Source: Escherichia coli (GTDB taxonomy: Bacteria; Pseudomonadota; Gammaproteobacteria; Enterobacterales; Enterobacteriaceae). From it: DNA of 64,000 bases. Shown piece after piece: positions 35,994-47,190 of this stretch (the first letter of the stretch is position 1; each line of letters starts with the position of its first letter). A model generated the notes under the pieces. The model had not been told where the DNA came from and ran no database searches. It saw only the letters and a program-made list of their open reading frames with translations. Position numbers and translations under genes: made by a program. The stretch lies in assembly GCF_041886205.1 (NCBI RefSeq), contig NZ_CP169029.1, one strand, 5' to 3'.

Positions 35994-36902
35994 ATGCAAT
36001 TACGTAAAACTGCCACAGCAATCCTCGCCCTGGCGCTTTCCGCAGGACTGGCACAGGCAGATGACGCCGCCCCGGCAGCAGGCAGTACGCTGGACAAAAT
36101 CGCCAAAAACGGTGTGATTGTCGTCGGTCACCGTGAATCTTCAGTACCTTTCTCTTATTACGACAATCAGCAAAAAGTGGTGGGTTACTCGCAGGATTAC
36201 TCCAACGCCATTGTTGAAGCAGTGAAAAAGAAACTCAACAAACCGGACTTGCAGGTAAAACTGATTCCGATTACCTCACAAAACCGTATTCCACTGCTGC
36301 AAAACGGCACTTTCGATTTTGAATGTGGTTCTACCACCAACAACGTCGAACGCCAAAAACAGGCGGCTTTCTCTGATACTATTTTCGTGGTCGGTACGCG
36401 CCTGCTGACCAAAAAGGGCGGCGATATCAAAGATTTTGCCGACCTGAAAGGCAAAGCCGTAGTCGTCACTTCCGGCACTACTTCTGAAGTTTTGCTCAAC
36501 AAACTGAATGAAGAGCAAAAAATGAATATGCGCATCATTAGCGCCAAAGATCACGGTGACTCTTTCCGTACCCTGGAAAGCGGTCGTGCCGTTGCCTTTA
36601 TGATGGATGACGCTCTGCTGGCCGGTGAACGTGCGAAAGCGAAGAAACCAGACAACTGGGATATCGTCGGCAAGCCGCAGTCTCAGGAAGCCTACGGTTG
36701 CATGTTGCGTAAAGATGATCCGCAGTTCAAAAAGCTGATGGATGACACTATCGCTCAGGTGCAGACTTCCGGTGAAGCGGAAAAATGGTTTGATAAATGG
36801 TTCAAAAATCCAATTCCGCCGAAAAACCTGAACATGAATTTCGAACTGTCAGACGAAATGAAAGCACTGTTCAAAGAACCGAATGACAAAGCACTGAACT
36901 AA
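35994..36902 (+). CDS. gltI: glutamate/aspartate ABC transporter periplasmic binding protein
   Basis: 302-aa frame from MQLRKTATAILALALSAGLAQA (signal peptide) within track ORF 35919..36902. Confidence 0.95.
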   Translation: MQLRKTATAILALALSAGLAQADDAAPAAGSTLDKIAKNGVIVVGHRESSVPFSYYDNQQKVVGYSQDYSNAIVEAVKKKLNKPDLQVKLIPITSQNRIPLLQNGTFDFECGSTTNNVERQKQAAFSDTIFVVGTRLLTKKGGDIKDFADLKGKAVVVTSGTTSEVLLNKLNEEQKMNMRIISAKDHGDSFRTLESGRAVAFMMDDALLAGERAKAKKPDNWDIVGKPQSQEAYGCMLRKDDPQFKKLMDDTIAQVQTSGEAEKWFDKWFKNPIPPKNLNMNFELSDEMKALFKEPNDKALN

Positions 36903-37058
36903 TTACAAGAACCAGGGGCGGAAATTCTAGCCCTCTCGATTGTTACGTAGCACGGACAGACTATACGCCTGATGGTCGTTCCCCATCGGGCCTGAAAACC
37001 GCAATACGCTGGGTAACAATCTTCGAGGGTAGCAGTTAACGCTGCTACCCTCTTTTTT
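36903..37058 (+). ncRNA. sroC: SroC small RNA (processed from gltI-gltJ spacer)
   Basis: Position between gltI and gltJ with strong intrinsic terminator hairpin; boundaries approximate. Confidence 0.5.
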
Positions 37059-37060
37059 CT
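37025..37060 (+). terminator. rho-independent terminator in gltI-gltJ spacer
   Basis: GAGGGTAGCAG-TTAAC-GCTGCTACCCTC followed by TTTTTTCT. Confidence 0.85.
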
Positions 37061-37071
37061 GGAGTAGATTT

Positions 37072-37812
37072 ATGTCTATAGACTGGAACTGGGGTATTTT
37101 TTTACAACAAGCCCCGTTCGGCAACACCACCTATCTTGGTTGGATCTGGAGTGGTTTTCAGGTGACGATCGCTTTGTCGATCTGCGCCTGGATTATCGCT
37201 TTCCTCGTCGGTTCATTTTTCGGCATTTTACGTACCGTTCCAAACCGTTTTCTCTCCGGTCTGGGTACGTTGTATGTCGAACTGTTCCGCAACGTGCCGT
37301 TGATTGTGCAATTCTTTACCTGGTATCTGGTGATCCCGGAGCTGCTGCCGGAGAAAATCGGCATGTGGTTTAAGGCCGAGCTGGATCCCAACATTCAGTT
37401 TTTCCTTTCATCCATGCTCTGCCTGGGGCTGTTTACCGCCGCCCGTGTTTGCGAACAGGTACGCGCCGCTATTCAGTCGCTGCCGCGTGGGCAGAAGAAT
37501 GCCGCGCTGGCGATGGGTCTGACGCTACCGCAGGCTTACCGCTACGTGCTGTTGCCTAACGCGTATCGCGTTATCGTCCCACCAATGACTTCCGAGATGA
37601 TGAACCTGGTGAAAAACTCCGCCATCGCCTCGACTATCGGTCTGGTGGATATGGCAGCGCAGGCGGGTAAATTGCTCGACTACTCGGCCCACGCCTGGGA
37701 GTCGTTTACCGCCATTACGCTTGCGTATGTGTTGATTAACGCTTTTATCATGCTGGTGATGACGCTGGTTGAACGTAAAGTTCGCCTGCCCGGCAACATG
37801 GGGGGCAAATAA
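37072..37812 (+). CDS. gltJ: glutamate/aspartate ABC transporter permease
   Basis: 246-aa [31 protein letters not shown]. Confidence 0.95.
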   Translation: MSIDWNWGIFLQQAPFGNTTYLGWIWSGFQVTIALSICAWIIAFLVGSFFGILRTVPNRFLSGLGTLYVELFRNVPLIVQFFTWYLVIPELLPEKIGMWFKAELDPNIQFFLSSMLCLGLFTAARVCEQVRAAIQSLPRGQKNAALAMGLTLPQAYRYVLLPNAYRVIVPPMTSEMMNLVKNSAIASTIGLVDMAAQAGKLLDYSAHAWESFTAITLAYVLINAFIMLVMTLVERKVRLPGNMGGK

Positions 37813-38486
37813 TGTACGAGTTTGACTGGAGTTCCATTGTTCCTTCCCTGCCATATCTGCTCGACGGGCTGGTGATCACCCTGAAAATCACCGTCACGGC
37901 AGTCGTGATTGGTATTTTGTGGGGTACCATGCTGGCGGTGATGCGCTTGTCCAGCTTCGCGCCTGTTTCGTGGTTTGCCAAAGCCTACGTTAACGTATTC
38001 CGCTCGATTCCTTTAGTCATGGTTTTGCTGTGGTTTTACTTGATTGTGCCGGGATTTCTGCAAAATGTGCTGGGATTATCGCCAAAAAATGATATTCGTT
38101 TAATTTCGGCGATGGTGGCGTTTTCGATGTTTGAAGCGGCCTACTATTCAGAGATTATCCGTGCCGGTATTCAAAGTATTTCTCGTGGTCAGTCGAGCGC
38201 CGCGCTGGCGTTGGGAATGACTCACTGGCAGTCGATGAAACTGATTATTCTGCCGCAGGCGTTCCGCGCGATGGTGCCGCTGCTGCTCACTCAGGGCATC
38301 GTACTGTTCCAGGATACCTCGCTGGTGTATGTGTTATCTCTGGCCGATTTCTTCCGTACCGCCTCAACCATTGGTGAGCGTGATGGTACGCAGGTTGAGA
38401 TGATCCTGTTTGCCGGATTTGTTTATTTCGTTATTAGCCTTAGCGCGTCGTTGTTGGTCAGCTACTTGAAAAGAAGGACAGCATAA
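37812..38486 (+). CDS. gltK: glutamate/aspartate ABC transporter permease
   Basis: 224-aa ORF; ATG overlaps gltJ stop. Confidence 0.95.
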   Translation: MYEFDWSSIVPSLPYLLDGLVITLKITVTAVVIGILWGTMLAVMRLSSFAPVSWFAKAYVNVFRSIPLVMVLLWFYLIVPGFLQNVLGLSPKNDIRLISAMVAFSMFEAAYYSEIIRAGIQSISRGQSSAALALGMTHWQSMKLIILPQAFRAMVPLLLTQGIVLFQDTSLVYVLSLADFFRTASTIGERDGTQVEMILFAGFVYFVISLSASLLVSYLKRRTA

Positions 38487-39211
38487 TGATTACCCTGAAA
38501 AATGTTTCAAAATGGTATGGTCACTTTCAGGTGCTGACCGACTGCTCAACCGAAGTGAAAAAAGGCGAAGTAGTGGTGGTTTGCGGCCCGTCTGGTTCCG
38601 GCAAATCAACGCTGATTAAAACCGTCAACGGCCTCGAACCAGTGCAGCAAGGTGAAATCACCGTCGATGGTATCGTGGTTAACGACAAGAAAACCGATCT
38701 GGCAAAGCTGCGTTCTCGCGTCGGGATGGTATTCCAACATTTCGAGCTGTTCCCTCATCTGTCGATTATCGAAAACCTGACCCTGGCGCAGGTGAAAGTG
38801 CTTAAACGCGATAAAGCACCGGCTCGTGAAAAAGCATTGAAATTGCTGGAGCGCGTGGGACTTTCCGCACATGCCAATAAATTTCCGGCGCAGCTTTCCG
38901 GCGGCCAGCAGCAGCGTGTGGCGATCGCTCGCGCATTGTGTATGGATCCTATTGCCATGCTGTTCGACGAACCGACATCGGCGCTGGATCCGGAGATGAT
39001 CAACGAAGTGCTGGACGTAATGGTCGAACTGGCGAACGAAGGAATGACCATGATGGTGGTGACCCACGAAATGGGCTTTGCCCGTAAAGTGGCGAATCGG
39101 GTGATCTTTATGGACGAGGGTAAAATTGTCGAAGACTCGCCGAAAGACGCTTTCTTCGATGATCCGAAATCGGACCGCGCAAAAGATTTCCTCGCGAAAA
39201 TCCTGCATTAA
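38486..39211 (+). CDS. gltL: glutamate/aspartate ABC transporter ATP-binding protein
   Basis: 241-aa ORF with Walker [10 protein letters not shown] and ABC signature LSGGQQQR. Confidence 0.97.
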   Translation: MITLKNVSKWYGHFQVLTDCSTEVKKGEVVVVCGPSGSGKSTLIKTVNGLEPVQQGEITVDGIVVNDKKTDLAKLRSRVGMVFQHFELFPHLSIIENLTLAQVKVLKRDKAPAREKALKLLERVGLSAHANKFPAQLSGGQQQRVAIARALCMDPIAMLFDEPTSALDPEMINEVLDVMVELANEGMTMMVVTHEMGFARKVANRVIFMDEGKIVEDSPKDAFFDDPKSDRAKDFLAKILH

Positions 39212-39328
39212 TCACTCTGGCGCGCATACCCAATTGCGCGCCATCTCACGCTTTATCGTTTCGCCCCTCGTATCTGTTACATCCTGGCGTTACCCTTGTC
39301 GCAAAGAAGCACACAACAAGGAGCAACA

Positions 39329-40264
39329 ATGGCACTGCCAATTCTGTTAGATTGCGACCCAGGTCATGACGACGCTATCGCAATAGTTCTCGCCCTCGCC
39401 TCACCAGAGCTTGATGTCAAAGCAATTACGTCTTCCGCCGGAAACCAGACACCAGAAAAAACCTTACGCAATGTTCTGCGTATGCTGACCTTGCTTAATC
39501 GCACCGATATTCCGGTAGCAGGCGGTGCGGTAAAACCGTTAATGCGTGAGTTGATTATCGCGGACAATGTGCACGGCGAAAGCGGTCTGGATGGCCCGGC
39601 ATTACCGGAACCGACGTTCGCACCGCAAAACTGTACGGCGGTAGAGCTGATGGCGAAAACGCTGCGCGAAAGTGCGGAACCTGTCACGATTGTGTCTACC
39701 GGACCGCAAACTAACGTTGCCTTGCTGCTCAATAGCCATCCGGAACTGCATAGCAAAATTGCCCGTATCGTGATTATGGGCGGCGCAATGGGGCTGGGTA
39801 ATTGGACGCCTGCGGCTGAATTTAATATTTACGTTGACCCGGAAGCGGCAGAAATTGTCTTCCAGTCAGGGATCCCGGTGGTGATGGCCGGTCTGGATGT
39901 TACTCACAAAGCACAAATCCACGTTGAAGACACTGAGCGTTTCCGCGCGATTGGCAACCCTGTTTCAACCATTGTTGCCGAACTGCTGGATTTCTTCCTC
40001 GAATATCATAAAGACGAAAAATGGGGCTTTGTCGGCGCACCGCTGCATGACCCATGCACCATCGCCTGGCTGTTAAAACCGGAGTTGTTTACCACTGTTG
40101 AGCGCTGGGTTGGCGTGGAAACACAGGGGAAATATACCCAGGGAATGACGATTGTTGATTATTATTATCTGACAGACAATAAACCGAATGCCATCGTAAT
40201 GGTCGATATTGATCGTCAGGGCTTTGTTGATTTACTGGCTGATCGTCTGAAATTTTACGCTTAA
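39329..40264 (+). CDS. rihA: pyrimidine-specific ribonucleoside hydrolase
   Basis: 311-aa frame from [20 protein letters not shown] (DxDxxxDD nucleoside hydrolase motif). Confidence 0.95.
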   Translation: MALPILLDCDPGHDDAIAIVLALASPELDVKAITSSAGNQTPEKTLRNVLRMLTLLNRTDIPVAGGAVKPLMRELIIADNVHGESGLDGPALPEPTFAPQNCTAVELMAKTLRESAEPVTIVSTGPQTNVALLLNSHPELHSKIARIVIMGGAMGLGNWTPAAEFNIYVDPEAAEIVFQSGIPVVMAGLDVTHKAQIHVEDTERFRAIGNPVSTIVAELLDFFLEYHKDEKWGFVGAPLHDPCTIAWLLKPELFTTVERWVGVETQGKYTQGMTIVDYYYLTDNKPNAIVMVDIDRQGFVDLLADRLKFYA

Positions 40265-40347
40265 CACACGTCATTGATTAAGATCACCACGCGTTACCCG
40301 GGTGGTCTTAATCTGTTTATCTCTTTTTCCTTTAAGATATAAATGCA

Positions 40348-42018
40348 ATGGATAATGCAGAACTCGCCATTGGTATCGATCTCGGTACTACCAATAGTTT
40401 AATTGCCGTCTGGAAAGACGGTGCCGCGCAATTAATTCCAAATAAGTTCGGTGAATATTTAACACCATCCATAATTAGCATGGATGAAAACAATCATATT
40501 TTAGTCGGAAAACCGGCTGTATCACGGCGTACTTCGCATCCGGATAAAACGGCAGCGTTATTTAAACGTGCAATGGGCAGTAATACCAACTGGCGGTTAG
40601 GCAGCGACACATTTAACGCGCCAGAACTGTCCTCTTTGGTATTACGCTCATTAAAAGAAGATGCCGAAGAATTTCTGCAACGTCCGATTAAAGATGTGGT
40701 GATCTCCGTTCCGGCTTATTTCAGCGATGAACAACGCAAGCATACCCGTTTAGCAGCGGAGTTAGCCGGGTTAAATGCGGTACGCTTAATTAATGAACCC
40801 ACAGCAGCTGCGATGGCACATGGCCTGCATACGCAACAAAATACCCGCTCGCTGGTTTTTGATCTCGGTGGCGGCACGTTTGACGTCACGGTGCTCGAAT
40901 ACGCCACGCCGGTGATTGAAGTTCACGCCTCCGCTGGCGACAACTTTCTTGGCGGCGAAGATTTTACTCATATGCTGGTGGATGAAGTTTTAAAACGCGC
41001 CGCAGTGGCTAAAAACATGCTCAACGAAAGTGAGCTGGCAGCCCTGTACACCAGCGTGGAAGCGGCAAAATGCGGCAATCAATTACCGCTGCAAATTAGC
41101 TGGCAGTATCAGGAAGAAACGCGGGAATGCGAATTTTACGAGAACGAACTGGAAGATTTGTGGTTGCCGCTGCTCAATCGCTTGCGAGTGCCGATTGAAC
41201 AGGCGTTGCGCGATGCGCGTCTGAAGCCGAGTCAAATCGACAGTCTGGTGCTGGTTGGCGGCGCGTCACAAATGCCGCTGGTGCAGCGAATCGCCGTGCG
41301 TCTGTTTGGCAAATTACCGTATCAAAGTTACGATCCGAGCACCATTGTCGCGCTGGGCGCAGCAATCCAGGCCGCCTGCCGCTTACGCAGTGAAGATATT
41401 GAAGAAGTGATCCTCACTGATATTTGCCCTTACTCGTTGGGTGTTGAAGTTAACCGTCAGGGCGTATCCGGCATTTTCTCGCCGATTATTGAACGAAACA
41501 CCACAGTACCGGTGTCGCGTGTAGAAACTTACTCGACCATGCACCCGGAGCAGGATTCAATTACGGTTAACGTCTATCAGGGAGAAAACCACAAAGTTAA
41601 AAATAACATTCTGGTGGAATCCTTCGATGTGCCGTTGAAGAAAACCGGGGCTTATCAGTCGATTGATATTCGCTTTAGTTATGATATCAACGGGTTGCTT
41701 GAAGTTGACGTGCTTCTGGAAGACGGCAGCGTTAAGTCCAGAGTGATTAACCACAGCCCGGTAACATTGAGCGCACAGCAGATTGAAGAGAGTCGGACGC
41801 GGTTATCCGCATTGAAAATTTATCCGCGCGATATGCTCATCAACCGTACCTTTAAGGCCAAACTGGAAGAGTTGTGGGCGCGGGCGCTGGGTGACGAGCG
41901 AGAAGAGATCGGCCGGGTGATCACCGATTTTGATGCGGCGTTGCAGTCAAACGATATGGCCCGCGTCGATGAAGTTCGTCGACGGGCGAGCGATTATTTG
42001 GCTATTGAGATCCCTTAA
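40348..42018 (+). CDS. hscC: Hsp70-family chaperone HscC
   Basis: 556-aa ORF MDNAELAIGIDLGTTNSLIAVW; Hsp70 ATPase signatures (IDLGTTNS, DLGGGTFD). Confidence 0.95.
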   Translation: MDNAELAIGIDLGTTNSLIAVWKDGAAQLIPNKFGEYLTPSIISMDENNHILVGKPAVSRRTSHPDKTAALFKRAMGSNTNWRLGSDTFNAPELSSLVLRSLKEDAEEFLQRPIKDVVISVPAYFSDEQRKHTRLAAELAGLNAVRLINEPTAAAMAHGLHTQQNTRSLVFDLGGGTFDVTVLEYATPVIEVHASAGDNFLGGEDFTHMLVDEVLKRAAVAKNMLNESELAALYTSVEAAKCGNQLPLQISWQYQEETRECEFYENELEDLWLPLLNRLRVPIEQALRDARLKPSQIDSLVLVGGASQMPLVQRIAVRLFGKLPYQSYDPSTIVALGAAIQAACRLRSEDIEEVILTDICPYSLGVEVNRQGVSGIFSPIIERNTTVPVSRVETYSTMHPEQDSITVNVYQGENHKVKNNILVESFDVPLKKTGAYQSIDIRFSYDINGLLEVDVLLEDGSVKSRVINHSPVTLSAQQIEESRTRLSALKIYPRDMLINRTFKAKLEELWARALGDEREEIGRVITDFDAALQSNDMARVDEVRRRASDYLAIEIP

Positions 42019-42024
42019 ACACGA

Positions 42025-42058
42025 CTGCCGGATGCGGCGTAAACGCTGCATCCGGCAT
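42025..42058. repeat. REP palindromic unit between convergent hscC and djlC
   Basis: GCCGGATGCGGCGTAAACGCTGCATCCGGC. Confidence 0.7.
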
Positions 42059-42077
42059 CGGCGCAAAAAACACATCG

Positions 42078-43529
42078 TCAGCTAAACAACATCGCGATTT
42101 TGCCGAGAGCATAACCTATCACCAGCACCGTTAAACTGATTTTGATAATGCCGGTAATGCTCTGTGGTTTTTCATCCTCATCATGTATTTCTTCATGGTT
42201 TTCAGGTGTTGGCTCATCGACATCTTCATCCTCCGGCTCCAGTTTCACTTTCGTCAACAGCATCCGGGTGACAATGGCCTCTAATGGATGAGCATCTCCG
42301 CCTTCCAGCCTTGTATTAAGACGGGCCAGCATCTCTTGTTTCGGAAACGCTTCAAGTACTACCTGTTCCGCTACCCGATACAAATCCAGTAACGGTGAAT
42401 CTTGCTCTGTCTCGCTACCGACTCTCGATTTCCACCACGCCCATGCTTTGCGTTTGAAGAATAACGACTCAATAAACGATTGACCTAACGGCGATAATTT
42501 TCCGCTATGTAAAATCTCCGCCCATAACAGCCGCGTCCGGGCGCTCTCACCAGGAACATATTTCAATGGTTTACCTTGCGCATCTACCATGCTCTGCGCT
42601 TCGATAACCATCACTAATAACGCGAAATAATCTGGGCAATGACGCTTACTCCACTGCAACAACAAATTATCAGCTTGTGTAGATGGGTAACTTTCCCGGT
42701 ACGCGCAGAGATCGGCAAGCAGGCTTTCCCCCTCGCCGCAGTACAACCTTTGAGCACACAAGTAATATCGGGCATCTTCGCTTTCTGGTTCTTCCATTTG
42801 CCACTGTTTGGCTACAGGAATGAGTTCCGCCATACCTGTTTGCACCGAGCTGTACCAGCGCAACAGTTTGCGATGTAACTTTGCATCATCAGGAATGAAC
42901 CACGGACCTTCCATCGCCAGAAACGCAGTGACATAGTCAGGATGGTAACGGCAGCAACGTTCCAGCGCGAAGTAATACTCAACCGTCTGGTTCTGCAACG
43001 CAACGGGAAATTCCAGAAGGCTAAGGAAATCGAAACAATCACCAGCCTGAATGGCCTCAAGAAAAGCCTCCCTTTCTTCCTCATCCATTCCTTCGCTGTC
43101 ATTAAACGAATGCCAGTTCAAACGCTCTGCCAGCAAAGAAGCACAATTTAATGAAAGATATCGCGCTTCTATAGCGATTGCACACAGCGGCCAGCGTAAT
43201 TGATAGACATCCTCCATGTTCCAGGTATTTAATTGCTGAATAAATTTCTGCCAGGCGGAGGGCTGAAAACGATCACTTTCTGAATCCAGTAATGTCCTGA
43301 ATGCACGTAGTATTTCATGTTCAGCGGCGGCATCTTTATCTTCATTATCTGCTTCCTCGACAGGATTTACCGCCAGTCGCAGCGCCTCTTCATAGGCCTG
43401 GCGTAATGCTTTAAACCCTTGCGGATCGGTTTCGGGATGACATAACGGTAAGCGAGCAAGATAAGCCTGGCGGATAATGTCTATTTGCGTCGTGCTTTCA
43501 ATTTCGAGGATTTGCCAACATGTTTTCAT
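42078..43529 (-). CDS. djlC: J-domain co-chaperone DjlC (YbeV), C-terminally tail-anchored
   Basis: 483-aa [38 protein letters not shown]; C-terminal hydrophobic segment [22 protein letters not shown]. Confidence 0.9.
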   Translation of the reverse strand: MKTCWQILEIESTTQIDIIRQAYLARLPLCHPETDPQGFKALRQAYEEALRLAVNPVEEADNEDKDAAAEHEILRAFRTLLDSESDRFQPSAWQKFIQQLNTWNMEDVYQLRWPLCAIAIEARYLSLNCASLLAERLNWHSFNDSEGMDEEEREAFLEAIQAGDCFDFLSLLEFPVALQNQTVEYYFALERCCRYHPDYVTAFLAMEGPWFIPDDAKLHRKLLRWYSSVQTGMAELIPVAKQWQMEEPESEDARYYLCAQRLYCGEGESLLADLCAYRESYPSTQADNLLLQWSKRHCPDYFALLVMVIEAQSMVDAQGKPLKYVPGESARTRLLWAEILHSGKLSPLGQSFIESLFFKRKAWAWWKSRVGSETEQDSPLLDLYRVAEQVVLEAFPKQEMLARLNTRLEGGDAHPLEAIVTRMLLTKVKLEPEDEDVDEPTPENHEEIHDEDEKPQSITGIIKISLTVLVIGYALGKIAMLFS

Positions 43530-44233
43530 AGGTCGCTCACATCCTTAAGCGTTACCGGGCATTCAGGCTGGGCAGTTAATGGCTGCCAGGGAAGCGTGGC
43601 ATAGAAACGATCGCTTCCCGCTGCCAGCTCTTCGAACATCCGACTCCCGGCGCTATCGTATTTGTACAGGGTTAGCGCCTCGCGTAGCGAAGTGTTGTCT
43701 TCGCACTGAGAAGATTGCCAGTAGAGACGTCCTAACGAATAGGCAGAAAAATAGTGCATCCAGCTGTGATAGTAATGGTGAGCTCGTACATAGACGCGCG
43801 ATTGCAGCCATAAACTCTCTTCTTCCGTCAGCCACTTGTTGAGCACACCGACCCGTGACAGAAACCCCATTCGAACATAATCCCAGGCTTTGATTCCCCC
43901 TTCTCCACAGCACATAGCGGTTTGGGCAACGAATTGGGTATAAATCAACCCTCTCTCCGAGCCACCAGCAATTAATGCTTTCCACTCTTCAGGGGAAGAG
44001 CGATGCCATGTCAGATATAAGCCAGCTAAATCATTGGCATGACCATCATCAGTCATCTGATAAATAGTCTGAATTAAATCATCACGATTATTTATTCCCT
44101 AGGATGATGAGAGATCGAATTCTTTTATCCCGGTATACATTTTTGGCGAGTCATGCGCGGGTTTGCAACCCTGATTAAGTATTTCCATGGGCGCAGAAAG
44201 CGCAAAAAGAAGATATTGTTCATCCTTATTCAT
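43526..44233 (-). pseudogene. ybeU: DUF1266 protein YbeU interrupted by in-frame amber codon at codon 45
   Basis: Reading frame from ATG at 44233 ([23 protein letters not shown]...EFDLSSS) hits TAG at 44099..44101, then continues in the same frame to stop at 43526; paralog ybeR has Trp at the equivalent position. Confidence 0.65.
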
Positions 44234-44334
44234 TTGTTAATAATCCCTTAAGTGCATTAACTGACTACTTTTTTATTATTGATAAGTATAAACTTGACGC
44301 TTTCAAAATAAAAAGAAAATCGAAGTATTCACAT

Positions 44335-44889
44335 ATGAATAAAAAATTAATGTATATATTCTCAATATTTATAGTTGCAGCAATTACCTGTATTAGCCAA
44401 CCCAAGAAAACAACGTTGCGTGATAAAGCCATGGTGAATTATGCCTTAGATTATTTAAGCTCACCGGGCAGTCTTCCATTCACCACGGCGGCCACGGAGC
44501 TTTCCGCGATTCATGGTCACTCAACGTCGCAATATCGCCTTGGAGAATTTTATCTTCATGGTAGCGACGGTAAACCACTGGATTATACACAGGCGAGATA
44601 CTGGTATGAGCAATCAGCGGAACAGGAAAATCCACGCGCGCAAAGTAAACTGGGGTGGATCTACCTCAAAGGTCTGGGGGTCAAACCCGACACCCGTAAA
44701 GCAATTCTCTGGTATAAGGAAGCAGCTGAACAAGGGTATGCTCATGCTCAATATACTTTAGGTTTGATCTACAGAAATGGCTCAGGTATTAATGTTAACC
44801 ATTATGAATCTCAAAAATGGTTAAAACTGGCCGCCAAACAACATTACAAAAATGCGGAAAGATTACTTGCCGGGCTTCCCGCACATTAA
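44335..44889 (+). CDS. ybeT: Sel1-repeat protein YbeT
   Basis: 184-aa ORF with signal/TM N-terminus and Sel1-like repeats ([27 protein letters not shown]). Confidence 0.85.
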   Translation: MNKKLMYIFSIFIVAAITCISQPKKTTLRDKAMVNYALDYLSSPGSLPFTTAATELSAIHGHSTSQYRLGEFYLHGSDGKPLDYTQARYWYEQSAEQENPRAQSKLGWIYLKGLGVKPDTRKAILWYKEAAEQGYAHAQYTLGLIYRNGSGINVNHYESQKWLKLAAKQHYKNAERLLAGLPAH

Positions 44890-44898
44890 CGTCGACTG

Positions 44899-46322
44899 TC
44901 AACCGAACAGATGGAGTATTTTCCCTATCAAACCAGCAAAGATAAAAATATAGAAAATAATTTTAATGATGCCCAGACAGCCTGGCCCACCATCGTCAAC
45001 GGGCATTGGCTGCGGTTGCGGCTCCGGTTCAACAGTTTGCTTCTCGGTAAAATTCGCCGCCTGAATTAATAATCGACGAATAATTAATGCTTCCAGTGGA
45101 CAACGATCTTCTGCATCAAGGCGGCTCATAATCGGCATTAATGATTCTTCTGTTGGTTGGCCTGCACTAATTGTTTGGCAACTAAATATAATGGCCATAA
45201 GGGATGTTCTGTATCACGCGTGAGTGAGATCCGCGGCTTACGTCCTTTGTGCAAAACCATCTCGACCAGTGAACGCCCCAGAGCAGAGAGTTTTTCATCG
45301 CTGAGTATTTCGTATAAATGAAAACGCGTACGGGCGCTGTCGCCGGGGATATAAAGTAGCGGTTTTCCCTGATCGTTAACCAGTTCACGAGCTTCAATCA
45401 TCATCACCACTAACGGGTAATAATCGACCCGATGCTGACGGCACCATTGCAATATTAAAGCATCCGCCTGGGTGGAGGGATACTCGCGCCAGTAGTCACA
45501 AAGTTCTGCCAGCAAGCTTTCGCCTTCTCCACAATAGACGCGTTGTGCGTATTCATAATAACGCGCATCTTCATTATCAGATTCAGCTTCCCGCCACGAC
45601 CGGGCGTAATCCAGGAGTTCGGGAATTCCCAGGCGACCTGCGCTATACCAGCGGAGTAAATTTCTGTGCAGTTTTGCATCATCGGGGATAATCACTGCGC
45701 GATGTTGCGCTAAATACAATGTCAGCCATTCTGGATGCGATGACCAAATCCGAGCGAACATTTGGTAAAAATCGATGGTGTCATTTTGCACGGCAACGGG
45801 CAGATGCAGAATGGTCTGGAAGTTAAAAACATTCCCCTTCGCAATGGCATATAAAAAGGATTCCAGTTCTTCTTCGTCTATTTCCCCGGTATTTTCCTCC
45901 TGTAACCACCGCAATCTTTCTGCTAATAACACCACGCACTCGAAGGATAAATGGGCCGTGTTCATGGCTATTGAGCACAGCGACCAGCGTAATTCATCAA
46001 TCTCATCCATCGAGCAATAATTTAATTGCTGAATGAATCGCTGCCAGGCGGAGGGCAGAAAACGTTCACTATCAGAGGCAAGTAACGCACGAAAGGCGAG
46101 CAGAATTTCATGTTCTGCTACCTCATATTCTTCTGGTTGCCAAACAGATTTAGCAGGCGACTGCGCAATCCGGAGCGCTTCCTCATACGCCTGACGAAGT
46201 TGTTTAAAACCCTGCGGATCGGTTTCTGGATGAAAGGACGGTAACAGCGCCAGATAAGCGCGGCGGATAATATCGACGTCAGTCGTTTCCTCTATTTCGA
46301 GAATCTTCCAGCAATTTTTCAT
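44899..46322 (-). pseudogene. djlB: J-domain protein DjlB (YbeS) split by a frameshift at a CCAA tandem repeat
   Basis: N-terminal 394-aa ORF (46322..45138) and overlapping 99-aa ORF (45198..44899) in another frame are both collinear with paralog DjlC; total span 1424 nt is not a multiple of 3. Confidence 0.65.
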
Positions 46323-47026
46323 AGGTCGCTCATATCCTTAAGCGTTTCCGGGCATACAGAATAGTAAGCCAATGGTTGCCAGGACAAGGTGGGGTAATAC
46401 GCATCATCACTGGCAAATAATTGATAAAACATATCATTGCCGGAATCGTCGTATTCTTTACGCGCTAAGAATTCACGTAATAACTGCAGATTATCATCCT
46501 CGGGAGACTGCCAATATTGCCGACCAAAGGTATAACCGGCAAAGTATTGCCGCCAGTTACGATAATAACGTAGAGCCCGTAGATGAATGCGCGACTGGAT
46601 CCATAGACTTTCTTCTTCGCTCAACCAGTTATTAAGTACGCCCATTCGGCTTAAAAAACCCATCCGGACATAATCCCAGGCTTTAATTCCTCCCTCACCA
46701 CAGCATTCGGCGGTGCTGGCGACAAATTGCGCATAAGCCTGACCTTGCTCATTTAGTTCAGCAAGATAGTCACGCCATTCACACGGAGAATAACGAAACC
46801 AGCGGTGATAAAACCCTGCCAACCGAGCGGCATGACCGTTATCGATCATTCGGTGAATTGTGCGCAGCAGGTCATCACGGTCATCAATTCCCCATGAGGA
46901 AGAAAGGTCAAAAAAGCATGTACCTAAATACATTTTGGGTGATGAATGCGAAGGTAAACAGCATTCATTGCGTATTTCCATCGGAGTTGACAGAGCAAAC
47001 AGTAATTTTTGCGACTCCATGTCCAT
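46319..47026 (-). CDS. ybeR: DUF1266 protein YbeR
   Basis: 235-aa ORF, paralog of ybeU; stop overlaps djlB start (4-nt overlap). Confidence 0.85.
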   Translation of the reverse strand: MDMESQKLLFALSTPMEIRNECCLPSHSSPKMYLGTCFFDLSSSWGIDDRDDLLRTIHRMIDNGHAARLAGFYHRWFRYSPCEWRDYLAELNEQGQAYAQFVASTAECCGEGGIKAWDYVRMGFLSRMGVLNNWLSEEESLWIQSRIHLRALRYYRNWRQYFAGYTFGRQYWQSPEDDNLQLLREFLARKEYDDSGNDMFYQLFASDDAYYPTLSWQPLAYYSVCPETLKDMSDL

Positions 47027-47190
47027 GATAATTTATCCTTAAATATTCACTAAATAAATATCAACTACATTGCGAGGATCATTTATTTATACCTTTCTGA
47101 CGCGACATAATACGCATAAAATAAGTCTTACGCAAAAATGGAACACATAAAAATATAATATACTTTATCTGCAACCATAAGGAAATGATA

